From assembly GCA_016177245.1 (NCBI GenBank), contig JACOVR010000046.1:1-25488 (forward strand): DNA of 25,488 bases, read 5' to 3'. Of the stretch, positions 16,710 to 24,048 are shown piece after piece. Both the position numbers and the translations under genes were made by a program. Every line of letters starts with the position of its first letter. The stretch's first letter is position 1. A model generated the notes under the pieces. It was given only the letters and a program-made list of their open reading frames with translations. It ran no database searches and had not been told where the DNA came from. The DNA comes from Candidatus Wildermuthbacteria bacterium (GTDB taxonomy: Bacteria; Patescibacteriota; Minisyncoccia; Minisyncoccales; UBA10102).

Positions 16710-17864
16710 ATGCTGTATCTTTATATCGCAACGTTTCTCACGATTGTTGGATTTGGAATGGTGTTTCCATTACTCCCGTTCTACGGCGAGCGTTTTGGGT
16801 TAGACGCGGTTGGACTCGGATTGCTTGCAGCTGCATTTTCCCTTGCGCAGTTTCTCGTTGCGCCCCTGTTGGGCCGGCTTTCCGATCGCTTTGGAAGAAA
16901 GCCAATTCTCGCCTGGGCGCTTGGGGGAACCGCACTTTCCTTTTTTATGTTTGGGCTCGCAAACTCGGTTCCCCTTTTGTTTATTTCGCGCATTATCCAC
17001 GGCATTGCGTCTGCCGGAGTATTCCCCATTGCAGCTGCCTACATTGGAGACGTCACTCAAAAGGAAACAAGGGTAAAATACATGAGCAAACTCAACGCAA
17101 CCTTTGCTTTAGGGTTTATCATAGGTCCGGTTGTGGCAGGAGTTCTTGCGCCCCTTCATCCTGCCTTGCCATTTCTCGCTGCAGGAGCGGTTTCTTTCTT
17201 TACCATGGTGTTCCTTTTTGTTTTTCTTCCTGAATCATTGACGCAAAAATCAGAGAGCATTGTGCTCAAAGAAGGGCTGGTGAATATAAGAGCAATGGGG
17301 AGCGCGTTCCTCGGCGACTTCGGGTTATTCTTTTTATTTCTTTTTGCGTGGGCATTTGCAATTTCAAACCTGCAGGTTGCTTTTCCGTTGTTCACCCAAG
17401 AAAAGTTTTCGTTTACCGAAAGCCACGTGGGGTTTGTGTTTGGAGGAATTGGAGTGATTGCTGCTACGGTGCAGTGGTTTTTTCTTGATGGCGTGGTGAG
17501 GGTGCTGCGCGAGCGCAGCACCATTCTTTGGGCGGTGGTCTTGATGGGGGTGGGGCAGTTTGCAATTGGATTTTCGCCAAGCGTGGCCCTGCTCCTTTTA
17601 TTTACCGGCTTGTCTACGATTGGTTCAGCAGCGTTGCGGCCCACCATCAACGCAGTGCTTTCCAAGGAAACGCACGAAGGCCAGGGCACCACCATGGGCC
17701 TTGCATTTTCTTTTGAGTCGCTTGGGAGAACAATTGGGCCGATTGTGGGAGGAGTGCTGATCAGTGTCTGGAGTGCGCAAAGCCAGTTTGCGCTCACGGG
17801 CCTGCTTATGTTTTTCGGCGCGATACTTTTTCTGTTCCACTTGCGCCGTCACGAAGAAGAATAG
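16710..17864 (+). CDS. MFS transporter, TetA/DHA1-like
   Basis: About 12 TM helices; motif A GRLSDRFGRKP; SRIIHG; GFIIGPVVAG; GRTIGPIVGG. Confidence 0.9.
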   Translation: MLYLYIATFLTIVGFGMVFPLLPFYGERFGLDAVGLGLLAAAFSLAQFLVAPLLGRLSDRFGRKPILAWALGGTALSFFMFGLANSVPLLFISRIIHGIASAGVFPIAAAYIGDVTQKETRVKYMSKLNATFALGFIIGPVVAGVLAPLHPALPFLAAGAVSFFTMVFLFVFLPESLTQKSESIVLKEGLVNIRAMGSAFLGDFGLFFLFLFAWAFAISNLQVAFPLFTQEKFSFTESHVGFVFGGIGVIAATVQWFFLDGVVRVLRERSTILWAVVLMGVGQFAIGFSPSVALLLLFTGLSTIGSAALRPTINAVLSKETHEGQGTTMGLAFSFESLGRTIGPIVGGVLISVWSAQSQFALTGLLMFFGAILFLFHLRRHEEE

Positions 17865-17870
17865 TATGCT
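17865..17870 (+). promoter_or_regulatory. -10 box TATGCT; probable leaderless start
   Basis: ATG 17877 lies 7 nt after the box. Confidence 0.45.
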
Positions 17871-17876
17871 ACATGC

Positions 17877-18653
17877 ATGACCCAATTTTATTCGGGAAAG
17901 CGAACAAGGAATTTGTTTGATCCTGCAAGCAGGGAACCTTTTGTGTTGAGTCGCACCAAGCTTGATTTGTTTTTGGTCTGCCCGAGATGTTTTTATCTTG
18001 ATGTGCGTCTTGGAGTCGGGCAGCCGCCAGGGTATCCGTTCTCTTTGAACAACGCGGTTGACATCCTGCTCAAGAAAGAGTTCGACATCCACCGCGCAAA
18101 CGCTACCCCGCATCCCTTGATGAAAACATACGGCATTGACGCGGTCCCTTTTCAAGACAAGAGAATGGACGAGTGGCGCGACGCCCGTACGGGCGGAATA
18201 AAATTTCTTCACAAACCCACCAATTTTCTCGTTCGCGGGGGGATCGATGACGTATGGATCAACCCGAAAGGCGAGCTCCACATCGTTGACTACAAGGCAA
18301 CCGCGAAAAACGGCGAGGTCAACATCAACGCAGAATGGCAGGAAGGATACAAACGCCAAATGGAAATATATCAGTGGCTTTTTCGCCAGAACGATTTTAA
18401 GGTTTCGAACACCGGCTACTTTGTATATGTGAATGGGAAGACCGATCGAGAAGCATTCGACGGCAAGTTGGAGTTTGATGTGACCATTATTCCGTATGAA
18501 GGCAACGATTCGTGGGTGGACGGAAAACTCAAAGAAGCGCGCCAATGTCTTGAAAGCGATTCGTTGCCGCAGGCAAGCTCCGAGTGCGACTTTTGCACCT
18601 ATCGCAAGGGCGTGCAAGACGTTCTCGACCCCTTCATGCCAACGCAAAAATGA
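17877..18653 (+). CDS. PD-(D/E)XK nuclease (RecB/AddB/Cas4-like), Cys-ligated metal site
   Basis: LSRTKLDLFLVCPRCFY, GGIDD, IVDYK, QMEIYQW, C-terminal CDFC. Confidence 0.85.
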   Translation: MTQFYSGKRTRNLFDPASREPFVLSRTKLDLFLVCPRCFYLDVRLGVGQPPGYPFSLNNAVDILLKKEFDIHRANATPHPLMKTYGIDAVPFQDKRMDEWRDARTGGIKFLHKPTNFLVRGGIDDVWINPKGELHIVDYKATAKNGEVNINAEWQEGYKRQMEIYQWLFRQNDFKVSNTGYFVYVNGKTDREAFDGKLEFDVTIIPYEGNDSWVDGKLKEARQCLESDSLPQASSECDFCTYRKGVQDVLDPFMPTQK

Positions 18654-19492
18654 AACAAGTGAGCTTCACGCAGTTGATGACGTATGTGAGATGCCCGGAA
18701 CATTTTCTGTTTCGTTACGTGCTGGGCATGAAACGGCCGCCAAAAAAAATCATGAAGCATGGGTTTGCTCTGCACGAAACCTTTGCCTATCACTTTGACC
18801 AGAAAAAACAGGACTCCAAAGGGCTGAAACCCAGCGAAGCAAAAGAATTTTTTGCAGAAGTTTTCCAGAGTGCGCTCGAGGACTACGAAACCGAAATGGA
18901 GCAAGGAAAATCATTGCTCACCAAAGAATATCTTGCCAAAGAAAAAGAAACAGACGTTGCAGAATTGCTCGTTCTTGGCCTGAAAGGCATTGACGTATAT
19001 TTTAGACAGCTCAACCCAAAGATCCGGCCAGACCTTGTTGAAGAGGCATTTACTTTTCCCGGAGGAAAGGGGATAGAAGTGATAGGCAGAATCGATTTGA
19101 CCGATAAGCACAACGTGATTCACGAACTCAAGACCACGCGCCATACCCCTCCCAAACAAGACGTGCAAACAGACCCGCAGGTTTCCATTTATCAAATGGC
19201 ATTCGAAAACATAAAAAAGAGGCCGCCAGCCGGCATTAGCAAAGATTATTTGGTGTTGTCGAAACGGGAGCCAAAGATTGTGCAGTTTGCGGTGTCCCGG
19301 CCGCGATTCGACAAAAAAACAATGCTCCGCAACATAGCCGCAATCATGGAAGCGGTGCGGCACAATGTGTTTTACTGTTTGCATCCTGCAGAATCGTGGA
19401 TATGTTCAAAAGAATGGTGTCCGTACTACAAGGCGCATCAAGAACTCAAAAAACTCGGTCTCCAGAAGTTTATTGAAAAACATTCAAGATGA
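18650..19492 (+). CDS. Second PD-(D/E)XK nuclease (RecB/AddB/Cas4-like)
   Basis: SFTQLMTY.RCPEHF.FRY, G.ALHE, GRIDL, HELKT, QVSIY, ICSKEWCPYYKAH; ATGA overlap at 18650-18653. Confidence 0.85.
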   Translation: MKQVSFTQLMTYVRCPEHFLFRYVLGMKRPPKKIMKHGFALHETFAYHFDQKKQDSKGLKPSEAKEFFAEVFQSALEDYETEMEQGKSLLTKEYLAKEKETDVAELLVLGLKGIDVYFRQLNPKIRPDLVEEAFTFPGGKGIEVIGRIDLTDKHNVIHELKTTRHTPPKQDVQTDPQVSIYQMAFENIKKRPPAGISKDYLVLSKREPKIVQFAVSRPRFDKKTMLRNIAAIMEAVRHNVFYCLHPAESWICSKEWCPYYKAHQELKKLGLQKFIEKHSR

Positions 19493-20208
19493 AAAAGGAT
19501 TCCTATATTGTTGTTCATTTGGGTGGGTCGGTGGTGGTGCCGCATATTTCAGATGATGGGGGGATCAATGTTTCGTTTCTCAAGAAATTTTTGAAATTTC
19601 TCCGCAGTCAGCTCAAACGCGGCAAGCGTTTTATTATCGTAATCGGTGGAGGCCGCACTGCTCGGGCGTATCAAAAGTCAGCAGCATATGTCGGCAAGGT
19701 TTCCGATTGGGATCTTGATTGGTTAGGTATTCACACAACTCGTCTCAACGCCCATTTCTTGAGAACCATTTTCGTGAAAGAGGCGTACCCCGTGGTGATT
19801 GATCACGACCCCGTAGAAGAAGAGATTGAAACAATGAAGGCGTCAAACCGCAGATTGTTTTTTGCTTCCGGCTGGAGACCTGGCTGGTCAACCGACTACA
19901 TTGCAGTTCGCCTTGCAGAAAAATTCGGCTCAAAAAACGTGATTATCGCAAAAGATACGCCGTTCGTGTACGATAGTGATCCAAAGAAAAATTCCAAAGC
20001 AAAACCTATCAAGAAAATTTCTTGGAGCGGCTACAAAAAACTTATTCCGCGCAAATGGAGCCCCGGACTTTCAAGCCCTGTTGATCCGGTTGCCACCCGC
20101 TTGGCAGAGAAACACAAGATTGCTGCAAAGGTATTAAGGGGAAGCGATCTCAAGAGTTTTCAAAACGCCATTGCGGGCAAGCCCTTCACCGGGACCCTCA
20201 TCTCTTGA
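19489..20208 (+). CDS. pyrH: Uridylate kinase, archaeal type
   Basis: LGGSVVVP, GGGRTARAYQ, DWLGIHTTRLNA, GWRPGWSTD, VYDSDPKKN, PVDPVA. Confidence 0.9.
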   Translation: MKKDSYIVVHLGGSVVVPHISDDGGINVSFLKKFLKFLRSQLKRGKRFIIVIGGGRTARAYQKSAAYVGKVSDWDLDWLGIHTTRLNAHFLRTIFVKEAYPVVIDHDPVEEEIETMKASNRRLFFASGWRPGWSTDYIAVRLAEKFGSKNVIIAKDTPFVYDSDPKKNSKAKPIKKISWSGYKKLIPRKWSPGLSSPVDPVATRLAEKHKIAAKVLRGSDLKSFQNAIAGKPFTGTLIS

Positions 20209-20233
20209 CAAAAGATTATCTTAAGATAAACTT
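20205..20233 (+). promoter_or_regulatory. Sigma70 promoter with an overlapping palindromic operator
   Basis: TTGACA 20205-20210, 16-nt spacer, TAAACT 20227-20232; perfect palindrome TTATCTTAAGATAA 20216-20229, extending imperfectly over 20212-20233. Confidence 0.75.
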
Positions 20234-20240
20234 AGTGTAT

Positions 20241-20465
20241 ATGGTAAAAATTGTTGGTCTCAAAGTGCTGCGGGAAAATATGGATAATTATGTGCGTGAT
20301 GTTGGGAGCGGAACCGTCTATGTTGTGGTGCGCCGCTCAAAGCCCTTATTCCGCATGGTGTCTCCCACGCAGGAAGACAATTGGGAAACCATTGTTGACT
20401 TTACCAAAATTCGCAAAGATGGAATTCCCGCAAAAGAATTGCTCTCCGTACTCAAAAACGCATGA
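20241..20465 (+). CDS. Phd/YefM-like type II antitoxin
   Basis: MVKIVGLKVLRENMDNYVRDV..G.VYVVVRRSKPLFRMVSP fits the Phd beta-alpha-alpha-beta-beta pattern; 74 aa; operator in its promoter. Confidence 0.7.
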   Translation: MVKIVGLKVLRENMDNYVRDVGSGTVYVVVRRSKPLFRMVSPTQEDNWETIVDFTKIRKDGIPAKELLSVLKNA

Positions 20466-20526
20466 AAAGGAACCCATGATTATAGCTATTGAGCGAAGGT
20501 CAGAAGATACGTACAAAAAGTTTTAA
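20462..20526 (+). pseudogene. Remnant of a RelE/ParE-like toxin (internal deletion)
   Basis: The ATGA-coupled start (20462) reads only MKRNP*; a different frame gives IIAIERRSEDTYKKF*, resembling a RelE-like toxin C-terminus. Confidence 0.5.
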
Positions 20527-20536
20527 GTAATGCAAG

Positions 20537-20559
20537 AATCGCCAAAGAGGCGGTTTTTT
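20537..20559 (+). terminator. Intrinsic terminator
   Basis: Stem AATCGCC/GGCGGTT (one G-U), loop AAAGA, T-run to 20559. Confidence 0.6.
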
Positions 20560-20576
20560 GGTATGGTGGGGGGGGT

Positions 20577-21215
20577 ATGAAACTCTTCAAAGGCATGAAA
20601 CCAAAAAACACCGCTCTTTTGGTTATAGATGTTATTAACTCCTGTGCACACGAATCTTGTCAGAGACCCGAACTGGGAGTTACTTTCAGAAGGATAAGAG
20701 AGATGGTTTCACAGAGGTTAGTGCGGTTTATTGAGAGATATCGTAAAGAGGTAGGAACCCCAATTGTTTTCACCAAGACCATACCATGGAAGAAAGAGTT
20801 CTTGTCAGAAAACATCAACAACCTATACGAAGCAGACCTCGAGGTTGAGTACTATTCCAAGAATGAATCCGGGTTTGCAGAACAGTTTTACGTTGTGCAA
20901 CCAGAGAAAGACGATGTAGTGATAGAAAAGAATGGAAACGATGTATTTGCAAACAAGAACTTCCTTGAGTATGTGACTAAAAGGCATATCTCATACTTTG
21001 TAACCACAGGAGTTTTTACCGATGGCTGCGTCATGGGAACTGTGATAGGAGGGTTCTCTCGTGGCTTTAACTTTATTACCCTGCGAGACCTGGTAGAAAC
21101 AACAGATGTTCCAAAACGTCAGGAGTTGCAGAAATTGCTCTTGGAGAACAACTTTCCCTACTTATGGAGCAAAGTCATCAGCTCAACAGATTTCTTGGGC
21201 GGATGGAAAAAGTGA
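20577..21215 (+). CDS. Cysteine hydrolase, isochorismatase/nicotinamidase family
   Basis: Asp-Lys-Cys triad motifs ALLVIDVIN, IEKNGNDVF and TGVFTDGCV. Confidence 0.85.
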   Translation: MKLFKGMKPKNTALLVIDVINSCAHESCQRPELGVTFRRIREMVSQRLVRFIERYRKEVGTPIVFTKTIPWKKEFLSENINNLYEADLEVEYYSKNESGFAEQFYVVQPEKDDVVIEKNGNDVFANKNFLEYVTKRHISYFVTTGVFTDGCVMGTVIGGFSRGFNFITLRDLVETTDVPKRQELQKLLLENNFPYLWSKVISSTDFLGGWKK

Positions 21216-21218
21216 AAT

Positions 21219-21647
21219 ATGGATCGAGCAACCGAGCAAAAACTTATCCAATCTGCAAAAGAAGGAATGAAGAATGCCTTTACTGGTACCAACAAACCCG
21301 GTGACTTTAGGATTGGCGCGGCGGTGTTAACCGGGAAGGGTAGCATCTATTCCTCTGGCCAGTACTTTTCAGATACCTACTCTTTAACACTTCATGCAGA
21401 ACAGGCAGTTCTTGCTCACGCAGCAGCCCATGGAGAGTATGATATTGTTGCCATCGCTGTTACCGGAAACGAAGCTGCTGGAGGCAATGACTCAATATAT
21501 CCCTGCCACATGTGCAAGCAGCTTCTTTGGGAGAGCTCTTTGCGTTCAAAACAGAACACAGAGATTATTCTCTTGGACGAACACGGGAACGTGCTGGAAC
21601 GATTGAAACTTCGTGAGATTATCAACCACCCATGGCCAAAAGGGTAA
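21219..21647 (+). CDS. Zn-dependent cytidine-deaminase-like protein
   Basis: FRIGAAVLT..G.IY.G, HAE, PCHMCKQLL; 142 aa. Confidence 0.85.
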   Translation: MDRATEQKLIQSAKEGMKNAFTGTNKPGDFRIGAAVLTGKGSIYSSGQYFSDTYSLTLHAEQAVLAHAAAHGEYDIVAIAVTGNEAAGGNDSIYPCHMCKQLLWESSLRSKQNTEIILLDEHGNVLERLKLREIINHPWPKG

Positions 21648-22621
21648 AAGCAAAGAAACTCACTCATAAAACCACTGTTCGTATAAAGCCCACAGTTCCT
21701 TTTGCATTTGACTATACTCTCCATAAGCCAGACCACTTCACGTCAGGAGACAATCGTTGGGAGCCAGGAGTAAGATGGCAGACCTGGGCATGGAAAGGTA
21801 AAGCTCTTGGCTTGAAGTTCCAAAACAAAGGCACAATTGCCAACCCCTTGATTGCTTTATCTATCTTTTCAGTAAAAGCACTGAGCAAGAGCTTTTTTGA
21901 TTCTTTAGTAAAAGAGGTAGAATATCGCTACAACCTAAATCTTGATCTGAAGGATTTTTACAAAAAGTTTAGCAAAGATAAAGTGCTTGGTCCGGCTATC
22001 AAGAAGCTGAGAGGTATGCGGCCAGGGCATCCAAGCTCACTTTACGAGTATCTGATTATTGGTATTGTGCTCCAGAATGCTTCGGTGAGGAGGTCTATTC
22101 AGATGTTTCAGACCCTCTTGGAACACTACGGCACTCTTCTGGAGTTTAACGGTAGGAAACTGTGGTGTTTTTGGGAGCCGGGCGGATTAAAGAATGTGGA
22201 CGAACAAGCGCTAAGAGCTCTTAAGGTAGGATACCGAGCAAAGTCCATAAAGAAGATAGATGAGCAGTTTACCAACGGTCTTGATGAAGAAAAGCTCCGC
22301 AAGCAAGACAGAGCAATCCAGATGCAAGAACTTCTCAAGCTTTATGGGGTTGGGCCAGCTACCGTATGGTACCTCTTATTTGATGTTTTTCACCACTGGG
22401 ACTTTTTCAATCATGTATCTCCTTGGGAGCAAAAGATATACTCAAAGCTGTTCTTTGGCAGAGATCCTGAAAAACCAGTGTCAGTAAAAAAGCTTCTCAA
22501 GCACTTTGAACGATACGGAGAGTACAAGCAACTTGCCGTCCACTATATCTGGGAGGATCTGTGGTGGCGCAGAAAGAAAGGGGAGTATATTCCGTGGTTA
22601 GAGAAAGAGATAAGGACATGA
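21632..22621 (+). CDS. AlkA/Ogg-like HhH-GPD DNA glycosylase family protein
   Basis: N-terminal AlkA/Ogg-like beta domain, LYEYLIIGIVLQN, L..LKVGYRAKSI, HhH LLKLYGVGPATVWY, C-terminal YKQLAVHYIW. Confidence 0.8.
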   Translation: MAKRVKAKKLTHKTTVRIKPTVPFAFDYTLHKPDHFTSGDNRWEPGVRWQTWAWKGKALGLKFQNKGTIANPLIALSIFSVKALSKSFFDSLVKEVEYRYNLNLDLKDFYKKFSKDKVLGPAIKKLRGMRPGHPSSLYEYLIIGIVLQNASVRRSIQMFQTLLEHYGTLLEFNGRKLWCFWEPGGLKNVDEQALRALKVGYRAKSIKKIDEQFTNGLDEEKLRKQDRAIQMQELLKLYGVGPATVWYLLFDVFHHWDFFNHVSPWEQKIYSKLFFGRDPEKPVSVKKLLKHFERYGEYKQLAVHYIWEDLWWRRKKGEYIPWLEKEIRT

Positions 22622-23124
22622 TTCAATCTTATATCTCAAACAAGGCGAAAGTTTTTAAAAGCCCCATTCATGGATATGGGTTGTTTGCGTTAAGGCGTTT
22701 CCTGAAAGGAGAAATAGTAGCGATCAAAGGAGGGCATATTATTGACGAGAAAACGTTTGCGCGTATAGAAACAAAGGTTGATGAATCTTACATCCAGATA
22801 GAAGATAAGTTTTACATCGGAGCAGTGAAAAAATCCGAGGTACGTGGCAACAAACTCTTTCTCAACCACTCTTGTAATCCGAATGTTGGAATACGAGGCC
22901 AAGTTACCTTTGTCGCCATGAGAAATATCAAACCCAATGAAGAGCTGACCTACGACTGGGCAATGGAAAACGACGGTGGAGACCACTGGGTGTTGCAATG
23001 CAACTGCAGAAAAACAACATGTAGAAAGGTCATTACAGGGGACGACTGGAAGAATCCCGTACTTCAACGAAAATACAGAGGCTTTTTCTCAGCCTATATT
23101 CAAGAAAGGATGAAGCGTAGATAG
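22618..23124 (+). CDS. SET-domain methyltransferase with post-SET Zn motif
   Basis: SPIHGYGLFA, FLNHSCNPN, EELTYDW, CNCRKTTCR; ATG 22618 with ATGA overlap and AAGGA SD. Confidence 0.88.
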   Translation: MIQSYISNKAKVFKSPIHGYGLFALRRFLKGEIVAIKGGHIIDEKTFARIETKVDESYIQIEDKFYIGAVKKSEVRGNKLFLNHSCNPNVGIRGQVTFVAMRNIKPNEELTYDWAMENDGGDHWVLQCNCRKTTCRKVITGDDWKNPVLQRKYRGFFSAYIQERMKRR

Positions 23125-23127
23125 ATT

Positions 23128-23847
23128 ATGAAAATCGGTGATCTCTACAAGACGATTGTTTTAGGCCTCAAAAAACACGAGGACAAAGAGGGCGCTGCGA
23201 TTGCCAAGTCCTATCATAAGTATGGGGGATATGAGTCCTACGGCCTAACAACACCGGTGGTGCGCATGCTGCTCAAGCAACGCAAGAAAGATATTCAGGC
23301 ACTCAACTGTAAAGAAGCCTTGGTTCTCGCACGAAAGTTCTTTAACTCTCACATTGAAGAGCATGCTTTAGCTGGCAATTACACCCTTCAGCTCAAGACA
23401 GACTGCATTACCCCTACTCAATATGATTACTTAGACAGACTATTGGATCATTTTCGTAGTTGGTCTGCGATAGATGGCTTTTGCGTAGGGGGTGGCAAGG
23501 TACTACAACCTCTTCTCTCTAAGTATCCAAAAGAAACCCTTGCACTTTTACGGAAATGGAACAAATCAAAGAATATGTGGAAGCGAAGGGCGAGTGTTGT
23601 GGCATTTACCAGAAAAGTAGGGGAAAGTGGTAGGTTTATCAAAGAAGCTCTTGAGCTCTGTGAGAACCTTATTTGGGCGAAAGAAGACCTCGTGCGAAAA
23701 GCCGTAGGTTGGTGCCTCAAAGATGTGATGCGAGGTGACAAAAAGAGAGTGTTGGCATACGTAAAGAGCCTGCGTCAGCGAGGCGTCCCCCCAGTCATTA
23801 CTTCCTATGCCGTCCGTGATTTGAAGAAAAAGAACAAGAAAGCATGA
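23128..23847 (+). CDS. alkD: AlkD-family (HEAT-repeat) DNA alkylation repair protein
   Basis: WSAIDGF, W.KSKNMWKRRASVV, EDLVRKAVGWCLKD. Confidence 0.8.
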   Translation: MKIGDLYKTIVLGLKKHEDKEGAAIAKSYHKYGGYESYGLTTPVVRMLLKQRKKDIQALNCKEALVLARKFFNSHIEEHALAGNYTLQLKTDCITPTQYDYLDRLLDHFRSWSAIDGFCVGGGKVLQPLLSKYPKETLALLRKWNKSKNMWKRRASVVAFTRKVGESGRFIKEALELCENLIWAKEDLVRKAVGWCLKDVMRGDKKRVLAYVKSLRQRGVPPVITSYAVRDLKKKNKKA

Positions 23848-23951
23848 AAATATTATCCGTTGGCATGGTTGGAACACAACCCGACATGAGGGGGAGAGAT
23901 TGATGCCTTTTGAGTTCAGTATTCAGTTTTCTGATGCAATGACAAAAACCC

Positions 23952-23979
23952 TTGACTAATTTTTGGTTTTGTTTATAAT
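23952..23979 (+). promoter_or_regulatory. Canonical sigma70 promoter; strong SD downstream
   Basis: TTGACT 23952-23957, 16-nt spacer, TATAAT 23974-23979; AGGAGGAG 24037-24044 before GTG 24049. Confidence 0.75.
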
Positions 23980-24048
23980 TGCGGCTGGTTGGTCTGAAAA
24001 AAAGGGTCAGGCCAGCACGTCGTCATAATTGTTAGCAGGAGGAGTACA

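Noticed and set aside
17625-18647. 340-aa minus-strand ORF and the other minus-strand or nested track ORFs
   Set aside because: They fully overlap well-supported plus-strand genes and show no recognisable motifs.
3939-19492. CRISPR-Cas locus suggested by a Cas2-like domain and two Cas4-like nucleases
   Set aside because: No repeat-spacer array, cas1 or effector genes are visible; the genes are 13 kb apart and fit stand-alone PaaX-like and PD-(D/E)XK families.
20251-20526. 91-aa track ORF as an intact toxin
   Set aside because: It overlaps the antitoxin out of frame for most of its length; only the last 16 codons look toxin-like.
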